The position numbers and the translations under genes were made by a program. Of a stretch of 32,000 nt of DNA, positions 7,419 through 15,535 are shown piece after piece. This DNA is from Deltaproteobacteria bacterium (GTDB taxonomy: Bacteria; Desulfobacterota; DSM-4660; Desulfatiglandales; B25-G16): positions 4,812,889 through 4,844,888 of the forward strand of contig CP070673.1 of assembly GCA_020351915.1 (NCBI GenBank), written 5' to 3'. Every line of letters begins with the position of its first letter. The first letter of the stretch is position 1. The notes below the pieces were generated by a model that was given only the letters and a program-made list of their open reading frames with translations, did no database searches and was not told where the DNA came from.

Positions 7419-8849
7419 CTACTTCAAACCATACTGCCCCCACCTTTGGAGCACCTTGTCTCTTATCTCTTTGGGATAGATACAATCGAATGAAGATCTA
7501 ATGGGGAGGGTTTCCCTGGGCCATTCAACAGGCCAGGTGCAGTCGAACACATCTATTCCCCCTTTCATTATTTTGCGCTCCTCATAACTATAACAAGGGG
7601 TGAGCATATTAGCCTTGCCCGCTGGAACCTCTTCCACAATAATACCATTGACAGGGTGGCATTTAACGGCAAAGGCATGTAAAACCTTTCCCACATCGTA
7701 GACATCCACATCTTCATCCACCACTATAATCTTATTCACCATCACACGGCGAGCCAAAAATACATCTCTAATCCTTCTAGCCATCTCCGTACCCCCAGAC
7801 CTCACTCCAATGATCACCAGGTGAGTGACACCTTCAGGCGGAGCGTAAACAGCTGTGACCGGTATACCGTGTCTTTCAAGGCGCCGCTTCATGGATATGC
7901 CAGCGGTAAGCGCGGCTGCGACCGAGGCATCATCTACAGGAACACCAAGGCTGATCATCGTAAGGATGGGGGAATTTCGGTAAGTTATCGCCTTTACCTG
8001 ACATAATACTCCTGTTCTTGCTATTCCGGTGCGATAGCCTGGATATTCGCCAAATGGCCCTTCGGGCGCTATCCCGTCAGGCAGTATCTCTGCCTCTACG
8101 ACTATTTCAGCATGGGCCGGCACCAGCAGATCACTGGTCTCACATTTAACCAGCTCCACAGGCTCTCCTCGCAGGGCCCCGGCAAAGTCAGCCTCATCTA
8201 CGTCTATGCCGTAGCCACCTGTTGCTACCATGTGGCAAAGGGGGTCTGCCCCGATGACGAGCGCCATGGGCATGGGCTTCTTTTTGGGCAGATATTTCTC
8301 CCTGAAGACAAGGGCAAGGTGGCTGATAGGGCTTGGGTCCCCGGATAGGGTTCTGCGCGTGTTAATCATGAAACGGTACATCCCCCAATTTGTCCAACCC
8401 GTCTCTGGATCATTGGTCACCACAATGTCCCAGGTGCCAAGGTAGCGCCCCCCGTCACCGTCATGAATCATCGGGGCTGGGAAAAGGGAGAGGTCCACGT
8501 CCTCCCCCATCAGCACATTTTCCTTGCAAGGACCAGAGTCGACCACAACAGGCTTTATTGGGTGCTGTTCTCTCTGTTCATACTCTTGATGGATAGCAGG
8601 AATGGGTGTATCAGGATCGAGTCCCAGGGCGATAGCCACTCTCCTGTAAGTTCCCAAGGAACCACCAAGTATGCGATGACCAGGATAATCCCTTATGTTC
8701 TCGAAAAGGACAGCTGGGCCTTGCGTCTCATAACAGCGTCGATTTATAGCGCCTGCTTCCAGCTCCCAGTCGACTTCCTCCTTGATTCGGACGATATCCC
8801 TGCTCTTGTCCAAGGCTTCCATAAACTCACGAACACTGTCAAATGCCAT
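7419..8849 (-). CDS. UbiD-family (prFMN-dependent) aromatic (de)carboxylase
   Basis: 476 aa. UbiD landmarks: N-terminal ..REF(M)EAL.., ..GGRYLGTW.., WGMYR, EGPFGEYPGY (family GPFGE(F/H)xGY with the conserved Glu), and VVDEDVDV. The C-terminal ..SFDCIYPKEIRDKVLQRWGQYG resembles the phenylphosphate/arene carboxylase-type tail as I recall it. AGGAGG RBS. Confidence 0.9.
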   Translation of the reverse strand: MAFDSVREFMEALDKSRDIVRIKEEVDWELEAGAINRRCYETQGPAVLFENIRDYPGHRILGGSLGTYRRVAIALGLDPDTPIPAIHQEYEQREQHPIKPVVVDSGPCKENVLMGEDVDLSLFPAPMIHDGDGGRYLGTWDIVVTNDPETGWTNWGMYRFMINTRRTLSGDPSPISHLALVFREKYLPKKKPMPMALVIGADPLCHMVATGGYGIDVDEADFAGALRGEPVELVKCETSDLLVPAHAEIVVEAEILPDGIAPEGPFGEYPGYRTGIARTGVLCQVKAITYRNSPILTMISLGVPVDDASVAAALTAGISMKRRLERHGIPVTAVYAPPEGVTHLVIIGVRSGGTEMARRIRDVFLARRVMVNKIIVVDEDVDVYDVGKVLHAFAVKCHPVNGIIVEEVPAGKANMLTPCYSYEERKIMKGGIDVFDCTWPVEWPRETLPIRSSFDCIYPKEIRDKVLQRWGQYGLK

Positions 8850-8872
8850 TCCTTCCTCCTGTCGTATATTTT

Positions 8873-10534
8873 CTATAAATGGTTGTTCTGGAGCCTCGCC
8901 TCATTTTTGAGTTTCTCTACGATGTCTTGGGCAAGTCGCTTCTTATCTACTTTTTGTTCTCCTACCATGGGGAGTCGCTCTACAATAACCAGCTTTTCTG
9001 GCAGTTTATATGTGGCAATGCCTTTCTCCTTGAGGAAAGAGATCATTTCATCAAACGAAAAATCCTGGCCAGGCTTAGGCACGAGGTAAACACATGCCTT
9101 CTCACCCATAACGGGATCGGGCATCCCCACGATGGCAACGTCCAACACTTTGGGATGAGTCAAGAGTAAGTCCTCGACCTCAACGGGGTAGATATTCTGT
9201 CCTCCTCGAATGATCATGTCTTTCTTCCGGCCCATGACAAAAATGTTGTCTTGCTCATCAAATCTACCCAGATCACCGAGCTTGAACCAGCCATCCTTGG
9301 TCCAGGCCTGCCAGGTAGACTCGAGGTCTTTAAAGTATCCTGAGGCACAAGCTGGTCCTCTTCCCCATATCTCTCCAACTTCCCCTTTTGCCACTTCTTT
9401 GCCAGCGTCGTCAACCAATTTTATTTCAGTCCCACCCCTCGCCTTACCGACTGTTGGCAAACGAACCTCGGGGGGGTCATCAAATCGGGTAGCGGTCGTA
9501 CCACCAAAATCTACTGCACCAATTCCTGTAATTACCATTCCTCCCAGTTTCTCTTCGGCTTCCACTCTAAGCTGGTAAGAGACCGGGGCCCCAACGCACC
9601 ACCAGACTCGTAGCGAACTGAGATCGCAGCGCTCGATGTCAGGATGCCCCACCATCTTGGCCAGTTGGGCTGGAACAACCAAGCCGACGGTGATCCTCTC
9701 ATCTTGAATCAACCCGAGGCTTTCCCCAGCCTCAAAACGCTCTTGCACGACAATCTTTGCACCCACTCCCGGTGCAGCAAAATAAGCTACACAATTAGGC
9801 CCAGCTGGTGCAGGGCCAAAGACACCGATGATATCGTTGCCAGTAAGTTCCAAAACCTCCGAAAGTGTGCGGGCAAGGTTATGGCGAGCACAGAAGGGAA
9901 ATTCGACAAACTTTGGAAAACCAGTGGTACCGCTCGTGAGGGTAATGATCGAAACCTCCGTGGAAGCATAACTTCTCTCTTCAAGGAGGCTTGTGGGGTA
10001 TTTTTCTTTTAAGGGCCGCTGGATCATCTCATTAATAGAGATTGCCCCTTGAGGGACCTTGTCACCCATTACGAAAATATACCTCAGCGATGGCAGATTG
10101 GGCCAAATCTCCTTTATCATGTTAAAGTAATCGAAATCTCTATACACCCCTGGGTTGATCACCCCCAGTGCTCCACAATGTTTTATGATGTATTCCATTT
10201 CCCTACGCCGCAAAGTCATCAATCCATGTAGGGAAAGGATGCCAGCCTTCTCACAGGCCACCCTCAGTAAGGGAAGCTCGGCACAGTTAGGTAGCTGAAT
10301 GACAATACTATCATCCTTCTCAAAACCTATTTCCACCAACCCCCAGGCCAACCTATCTATTACCTGCTCAGCCTGGGCCCAAGTTAGCCTGGTCTTGGAG
10401 TCCACAATCGCCTCTTTGTCAGGATAGTCTCTGGCATTTCGGTCCCACAATCTGGACAGACTTGTGGGCTCCCACCATCCCCTTTCCATATATTCACTGA
10501 TCAATTCTGGAGTGTATCGAGTTGGCTTTGCCAT
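8873..10534 (-). CDS. AMP-forming acyl/aryl-CoA ligase (adenylate-forming superfamily; aryl/alicyclic-acid type N-terminus)
   Basis: 553 aa. Motifs: LTSGTTGFPKFV (A3/P-loop), GWFKLGDLGRFDEQDNIFVMGRKKDMIIRGGQNIYPVEVE (A7/A8) and the C-terminal Lys region ..GEQKVDKK... The N-terminal Y..RGWW...T pattern resembles aryl-acid activating enzymes. Confidence 0.9.
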   Translation of the reverse strand: MAKPTRYTPELISEYMERGWWEPTSLSRLWDRNARDYPDKEAIVDSKTRLTWAQAEQVIDRLAWGLVEIGFEKDDSIVIQLPNCAELPLLRVACEKAGILSLHGLMTLRRREMEYIIKHCGALGVINPGVYRDFDYFNMIKEIWPNLPSLRYIFVMGDKVPQGAISINEMIQRPLKEKYPTSLLEERSYASTEVSIITLTSGTTGFPKFVEFPFCARHNLARTLSEVLELTGNDIIGVFGPAPAGPNCVAYFAAPGVGAKIVVQERFEAGESLGLIQDERITVGLVVPAQLAKMVGHPDIERCDLSSLRVWWCVGAPVSYQLRVEAEEKLGGMVITGIGAVDFGGTTATRFDDPPEVRLPTVGKARGGTEIKLVDDAGKEVAKGEVGEIWGRGPACASGYFKDLESTWQAWTKDGWFKLGDLGRFDEQDNIFVMGRKKDMIIRGGQNIYPVEVEDLLLTHPKVLDVAIVGMPDPVMGEKACVYLVPKPGQDFSFDEMISFLKEKGIATYKLPEKLVIVERLPMVGEQKVDKKRLAQDIVEKLKNEARLQNNHL

Positions 10535-10689
10535 TGAGGTTTTCCCCTTATTAGTGTGCTCTAACTCAGTGTCTGAAACTTTATTCTTAAAGCTTCGTCT
10601 TAATATCCTGGCAGGTCAGCCCTACCGCATCCCCAAATGATAGGTCATAGGATTTCAGGTGGCGCCTTCTCACAAAAGCAGGGTAGACA

Positions 10690-10700
10690 GTGTGTCACAC
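10690..10700. promoter_or_regulatory. Palindrome GTGTG-t-CACAC in the reductase/ligase intergenic region
   Basis: Perfect 5-1-5 inverted repeat seen directly in the sequence. Candidate operator. No assigned regulator. Confidence 0.25.
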
Positions 10701-10760
10701 ATTCTCTTACGATTCGTAAAAAATGAGTTACCTTAAGGAGAGGTATGTTATGCCAAAAGC

Positions 10761-10788
10761 CCTTGGGGGAAAGAAATTTCTTTGCTAT
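10761..10788. promoter_or_regulatory. 14-bp perfect palindrome AAAGAAATTTCTTT plus a third AAGAAATT half-site
   Basis: 10761-10774 is self-complementary with no loop, so it is more likely a protein-binding site than an RNA hairpin. The half-site AAGAAATT recurs at 10781-10788. It lies between the reductase stop (10845) and the ligase start (10534). Confidence 0.3.
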
Positions 10789-10844
10789 TAAGAAATTATT
10801 ATTTTCAAGGTGTCAGACGTAAGAGGGTCTTCTATCCGTCCAGT

Positions 10845-12752
10845 TCAAAGTTTTGCGGCTACATAGTAAGCCTCCTGCATAGCCTCTCCCAATTTACGCG
10901 GTTGTAAAGAATCGCCTACCTGGTAAAGCTGGGGCACTTCTGCTTTCAGTGCTTGAGCTAAACCATCGTTGGACTTCATGCCCACAGCGAGGATAATGTC
11001 ATCAGCTTGGAAAAATTCACTCTGTTCTTTGCGCAAGACCTCAACGCCATCCTCTCTAAACCGTATGACCTCAACGCCAGTCTCAAGTCTGACCCCGGCC
11101 TCTCTCAGTCTCGAAAGGAGCCTCCAGCGAAGGGTGGGTCCCATGTCCCCTGCCATTCTGTCAAGCATCTCCAGCACAGTCACATTTTTACCCTTCTTAC
11201 TCAGTAACTCAGCAGTCTCACACCCTACCATGCCGCCACCCACGATAATGACCCCGTTGCCCACTTCCTTCATTCCCATAAGCACGTCCAATGCTGTAAC
11301 CACGTTTTTCCCTTCAATTCCAAGAATATCTGGCAAAAGCGGGCTGGCCCCTGTTGCCAGAATAAGAGCATCAGCCTCTCTCACTTCTGGTGCTTGAGCG
11401 GTGGCCTCATGACTTAGTTTGAATAAAACTCCCTGTTTTTCCATTTGACCAACGAAATACCTATTCAAGTCACCGAAGTCGCTCTTAAAAGGTGGGATAG
11501 AGGCGACTTGAAGATTCCCCCCAAGTTCGTCCTCCTTTTCTAAGAGAGTCACTTCGTGGCCTCGCTTTGCAGCTATTACTGCTGCCTCCATCCCGGCCGG
11601 TCCCCCTCCTATTACGACCACCTTCTTTCTATCCACTGCTGGCTTGATCGCATATTCTGGGTCACTCTCTCTCCCAGCCCTAGGATTGACGACACACCAT
11701 ATGGGCCTTCCCTGAAACACGTTGTCGTAACAACCCTGGCAGCAGCAAATGCACGGAATAATGTCTTCGGGGCGATTTTCAGCCAATTTTTGAGGTATCT
11801 CAGGGTCAGCTATAAAGGGACGCGATGCCTCCCAAAGGTCTATGATACCTGCGTTGATCGCCTTGTCCGCTTCTGTATGTGTGACGCGGTAGGCCATCAT
11901 CGTCGGAATCTTGACGACCTTCTTTATCCGTTCAGCTAAATAAAGCCAGTGTCCCCGTGCTATCTCCCCAGTAATTGCAGGGACCGTCGATTCGTGCCAT
12001 CCCACCGTAAGGCTCAGGGCATCAACGCCAGTTTCCTCAAGCATCTTTGCCACGTTTGTCAGCTCTTCAGGGCTGCTGCCTTCGGGCATTAATTCGTCGC
12101 CGCACATGCGGAACACCAGGGGAAACTCCTTTCCTGTCTTAGATTTTATTGCATCGACCACCTCTGAGCTGAAACGAGCCCTATTTTCCAAGCTGCCACC
12201 GTATTGATCAGTACGTGTATTTGTCCAAGGGGAGAGAAAGCTTGAGAGAAGATATCCAGCGCAGGCACATACTTCTACAGCATCGAACCCGGCCACTTTC
12301 GCCCTTCTTGCTGTTTCCCCAAAGGCCCTTACTAATTCAGCGATTTCTGTTTCACTCAGTTGGCGGGGCTCCGCCCGGGTCATAATCCGTGTTGGTACGG
12401 ACGAGGCATCTGTTAATTCCTCTCGACGGTAGGTGTACCTGCCACAATGACCAATAGAGAGACAGGCCTTGGCTCCTCCTGAATGAATTGCTTCGGCCAG
12501 TTCACGAAAATCGGCAATAAAACTATCATCCCAACCGCCCAACATATTGGGGACTAGACGGCCCCAAGGCGTGACGTGAGAAATCCCCGTGGTCACGAGA
12601 CCTACGCCTCCTTTCGCGCGCTCTTCCAACCACCTTTTCTCCTGCTCAGTTACTCTTCCCTCTTTAGTGCAAAAACAGGTGGTCGTGGATGCGAATTTGA
12701 CCCTGTTTCGCAGACACAAATTACCAATATACCCTTCCTCAAGTAACATCAT
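10845..12752 (-). CDS. OYE-family FMN/[4Fe-4S]/FAD oxidoreductase (2,4-dienoyl-CoA reductase / enoate reductase / 2-naphthoyl-CoA reductase-like architecture)
   Basis: The N-terminal OYE TIM-barrel pattern is present (L.LRNR...., RAKGGVGLVTTG, IGHCGR). There is a Cys cluster CICCCQGC...C, then two Rossmann motifs, VVVIGGGPAGMEAA and VIIVGGGMVGCETA. The track start at 12764 is TTG. The ATG at 12752 lies 5 nt after GGAGG and is preferred (MMLLEEGYIGN..). Confidence 0.9.
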   Translation of the reverse strand: MMLLEEGYIGNLCLRNRVKFASTTTCFCTKEGRVTEQEKRWLEERAKGGVGLVTTGISHVTPWGRLVPNMLGGWDDSFIADFRELAEAIHSGGAKACLSIGHCGRYTYRREELTDASSVPTRIMTRAEPRQLSETEIAELVRAFGETARRAKVAGFDAVEVCACAGYLLSSFLSPWTNTRTDQYGGSLENRARFSSEVVDAIKSKTGKEFPLVFRMCGDELMPEGSSPEELTNVAKMLEETGVDALSLTVGWHESTVPAITGEIARGHWLYLAERIKKVVKIPTMMAYRVTHTEADKAINAGIIDLWEASRPFIADPEIPQKLAENRPEDIIPCICCCQGCYDNVFQGRPIWCVVNPRAGRESDPEYAIKPAVDRKKVVVIGGGPAGMEAAVIAAKRGHEVTLLEKEDELGGNLQVASIPPFKSDFGDLNRYFVGQMEKQGVLFKLSHEATAQAPEVREADALILATGASPLLPDILGIEGKNVVTALDVLMGMKEVGNGVIIVGGGMVGCETAELLSKKGKNVTVLEMLDRMAGDMGPTLRWRLLSRLREAGVRLETGVEVIRFREDGVEVLRKEQSEFFQADDIILAVGMKSNDGLAQALKAEVPQLYQVGDSLQPRKLGEAMQEAYYVAAKL

Positions 12753-13205
12753 ATCGGCCTCCAATTTTGCGCTTAAACTGATCGTATAGAAATCTCTTTC
12801 TTGAGTTCGCCACAGGCCGGAATCATAAAAAATCGCGAACCAATTTTATAACCTCGCTGGACCCTTATCCTATTTTCGTTATGCTACATTTGAAATGATT
12901 CCTTTGGATTCCGCACGTTACCAATGGTGGCTATGTTAAACCCCGAAACCGTGGGTGTCAAGCTCTCTGAGGTGATAGTGGTTAGAACACCCTTTTGACC
13001 CAAGGCGCTATAAGGATAAAATTGCTTGGATGACAAACGGGAAATTCCTGTTGACTTTTGAGCGATAGTCTATTTTATAGAAAATATCATGTGACCGCTC
13101 AAAAAGGTATTTCCCAGGCTTTGAAAGTCTTCTGCGCTACCGAATTTGTCAAACATTGAATCATGCTTTCACCCAGTTGGCTTGGGAAAGAGGAGGAGGT
13201 AGATT

Positions 13206-13331
13206 ATGGCCAAAAAGGAGGTCATGCTGAATCTAATGAAGCGGGGAGCGAATCCAAGGGAGATTTGGGAGGGGAATAACGAGTTTCTCCAGAAGAAGCT
13301 TGATCATTCAGTTTTATCAATGGATTATTGA
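13206..13331 (+). CDS. 41-aa ORF with a very strong Shine-Dalgarno, isolated in the AT-rich gap (small protein or N-terminal stump of a lost gene)
   Basis: AGGAGGAGG at 13191-13199, a 6-nt spacer, then an ATG. Product MAKKEVMLNLMKRGANPREIWEGNNEFLQKKLDHSVLSMDY. No homolog recognised and too short for the ORF track. Confidence 0.25.
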   Translation: MAKKEVMLNLMKRGANPREIWEGNNEFLQKKLDHSVLSMDY

Positions 13332-14104
13332 CTCTGCTCAGCAATCCTTATCAGAAGTTAATAATTGGTCTCTTGTATCAGTAGACGTGCAGCCGTTCAG
13401 CACCTGAAGGAATGTCTGACGTCTCCAAAAAAGGAGATTAAAACGATTAATACTTCTGATAGATACCTCTGAATATGTTTTGTGATACGCTATGATGAGG
13501 GTTATTCATGACTGCTTTAGTGCCTGCAATTAGTCGATGAGTCCACAGCCGATTCTTTGAAGTAGCTTGATATTTTACAGCCTAATGATTCAATAATATC
13601 AATCATTATGACTATCAAAAAGAGGCTAAGTTTTTGTTGACAATCTTGTTTTTCTTTTATATGAACAAGCTGCCTATCAAAATAATGACCGTTCGGTAGG
13701 TTTACCTCAATTTTATAAAGTTTCCTCTCACTTTCAAGCAATGATGTTTTTTTATAAACGGACGGACACAGGAGAAAGACAAGGATTTGAAAAAAGAGCA
13801 TTTGGCTGTGCTTGGTCTGGGCTTGTCCTTTTGCAATGCTTGGAGGAGAAGAGATGCTATGTGGTTTGATGTCCACACAGAAATGTGCTTTTTAGGACAA
13901 AGGAAAGATGAATAAGATTTACTTTGCCGAATGAAGGCTGCCAAAAACAAGAAGTGAGCAATCGAGGAGGTTGGATGAGCTGCCATTCGAATAAAGTCTT
14001 CGAGTGTGGAATGTCTTTCGGCCATCTATACTTGTGATGATGAATACTATTCATTACCAGGTCTCATAAAACGGTTTCATGCTATTTGATAGGAGGTGAG
14101 AATA

Positions 14105-15514
14105 ATGATCGGCATTATTTCATATGGTGCCTACGTTCCCCTTTGGAGACTGAGAAGAGAGGTTATATCCAGAGGAGGGCGAGGTGAGAAAAGCGTGGCA
14201 AGCTTTGATGAAGACAGTTTAACCATGGCGGTATCTGCGGTTAACAACTCTTTGGCAGGTATGGACAGGGAGTTGGTGGATGCCTTATTTTTCGCTTCAA
14301 CAACCTTTCCTTATAAAGAGAAACAGGGCTCAAGTATAGTTGCGGCGGCCACTGATCTCCGAAGAAATATATTAACTATTGACTCCGCCAATACGCTGAG
14401 AGGGGGCACAAGCTCGGTTAAGCTTGCTAAAGATATGGTGAGAGCTGGATCAGCGAGAAATATAGCTGTCGTGGCTTCCGATTGCCGATTAGGAGAGCCT
14501 GGGTCAGTTTTTGAACAGATCTGTGGCGATGGTGCTGGAGCTCTCGTAATTGGCGATACCGATGTTGCGGTTGAAATAGAGGGCACCTACTCGGTATACA
14601 ATGAGATGATTGATGTCTGGCGGGCAGACGACGACAAATTTGTCCGTGCCTGGGAAGATAGGTTTATTCAATCACAGGGATATATTAAGGGGATCCAAGG
14701 GGCGGTCACGGCTTTAATGAAGGATCACAGCATGGAACCCAGGGACTTTGCCAAGGCGGTTATCTATGCCCCAGACCAAAAAAGGGTTGCGGAGTTAGTT
14801 GCCAAACTTGGCTTTGATCCCGAAAAACAGTTGCAGGATCCTTTAATTTCGGCGATGGGGAATACAGGAACGGCCTACCCACTGATGCTTTTAATTGCAT
14901 CCCTTGAAGATGCCAAGCCTGGTGATAGAATTCTGTGGGCCAGTTATGGTGACGGCAGTGATGTCCTTATTCTCAAGGTCGCCGAAGCCATAGAGAATAT
15001 CAGAGACAGGAAGGGTATGAAAAAACTCCTGGCATCCAAAAAAGACCTAGGGGACTATACTGCATATCTGACAAGGAAAGGCTTGCTTAAGATGGATAGG
15101 GGACCAAAATACTCTCCTCAAGTTGTTTCCGCGACAGCATTATGGAGGGATTTGGATGAGGTTATTCGACTTTATGGGGTCAAGTGCAACTCATGTGGCA
15201 CTATTCAATACCCGCCCCAGAGAATATGTACCAAATGCCATGCCAGGGATCAATTCGAAAAGGTGAGGCTTTCTGACAAAAGAGCAAAGCTATTTACGTA
15301 TTCCCTCGATTTCGTATCCAATCCCCTAGAAGTACCGATGGTTGTGCCGGTTATTGATTTTGACGGAGGTGGCCGTTCAGCCGGCATTATTATGACTGAT
15401 CAGGACCCCAAGGAGCTACAGATCGGCATGCCGTTGGAGATGAGTTTCAGAAAGTTATTCAGTAATGACGGTATACATAATTACTTCTGGAAGTGCGCCC
15501 CCTTGAGGACTTAA
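14105..15514 (+). CDS. Fusion protein: HMG-CoA synthase-like (thiolase-fold) domain + C-terminal DUF35 zinc-ribbon/OB-fold domain, copy 1
   Basis: The track start at 14096 is GTG. The ATG at 14105 lies 8 nt after AGGAGG and matches the paralog N-terminus (MIGIISYGAYVPLWRL vs MVGITSYGAYIPFLRL). The HMGCS-like segment has ..DEDS(L/I)TMAV.., GDGAGAL and GNTG. The C-terminal part has CNSCGTIQYPPQRICTKC plus an OB-like tail ..IDFDGGGR...IGMPLEMSFRK. Confidence 0.85.
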   Translation: MIGIISYGAYVPLWRLRREVISRGGRGEKSVASFDEDSLTMAVSAVNNSLAGMDRELVDALFFASTTFPYKEKQGSSIVAAATDLRRNILTIDSANTLRGGTSSVKLAKDMVRAGSARNIAVVASDCRLGEPGSVFEQICGDGAGALVIGDTDVAVEIEGTYSVYNEMIDVWRADDDKFVRAWEDRFIQSQGYIKGIQGAVTALMKDHSMEPRDFAKAVIYAPDQKRVAELVAKLGFDPEKQLQDPLISAMGNTGTAYPLMLLIASLEDAKPGDRILWASYGDGSDVLILKVAEAIENIRDRKGMKKLLASKKDLGDYTAYLTRKGLLKMDRGPKYSPQVVSATALWRDLDEVIRLYGVKCNSCGTIQYPPQRICTKCHARDQFEKVRLSDKRAKLFTYSLDFVSNPLEVPMVVPVIDFDGGGRSAGIIMTDQDPKELQIGMPLEMSFRKLFSNDGIHNYFWKCAPLRT

Positions 15515-15535
15515 TAATCAAATTTAGGAGGGATT

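Noticed and set aside
7378-7485. Long version of the small ORF (track 7090-7485, 131 aa) overlapping the 3' end of the UbiD gene
   Set aside because: The upstream extension overlaps the UbiD coding sequence by 67 nt and has no RBS. The internal ATGs at 7383 and 7377 follow GGAG and remove the overlap.
7090-8849. Naming the UbiD gene phenylphosphate carboxylase, benzene/naphthalene carboxylase or phthaloyl-CoA decarboxylase
   Set aside because: There is only one UbiD paralog. The window has no HAD-type delta subunit, no phenylphosphate synthase and no UbiX. Assigning a subfamily needs a phylogeny I cannot compute.
10738-10830. 25-codon plus-strand ORF (ATGTTATGCCAAAAG...) preceded by AAGGAGAGG in the reductase/ligase gap
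   Set aside because: The RBS-to-ATG spacing is too short (1-4 nt). The ORF is antisense to the operon and spans the AAAGAAATTTCTTT palindrome. It is more likely a chance ORF.
4201-12789. Many plus-strand ORFs inside minus-strand genes (e.g. 5932-6441, 8463-9089, 9210-9578, 9644-10012, 10969-11397, 11556-11939)
   Set aside because: These are antisense shadows of well-supported family-recognisable genes (Mo subunit, UbiD, ligase, OYE reductase). I found no motifs and no RBS.
13780-13850. Sigma54-type promoter candidates (TGGCTGTGCTTGG.. and GGGCTTGTCCTTTTGCA near 13800-13840; also TGGAACATTTGCTTTGCA at ~16788)
   Set aside because: The GG-to-GC spacing is 11-12 nt or otherwise off from the required GG-N10-GC, so none fits the -24/-12 consensus.
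13517-14054. Minus-strand ORFs of 119, 107 and 65 aa in the AT-rich gap
   Set aside because: They are mutually overlapping frames with low-complexity AT-driven composition. They have no RBS and no recognisable motif. They are most likely chance ORFs in AT-rich DNA.
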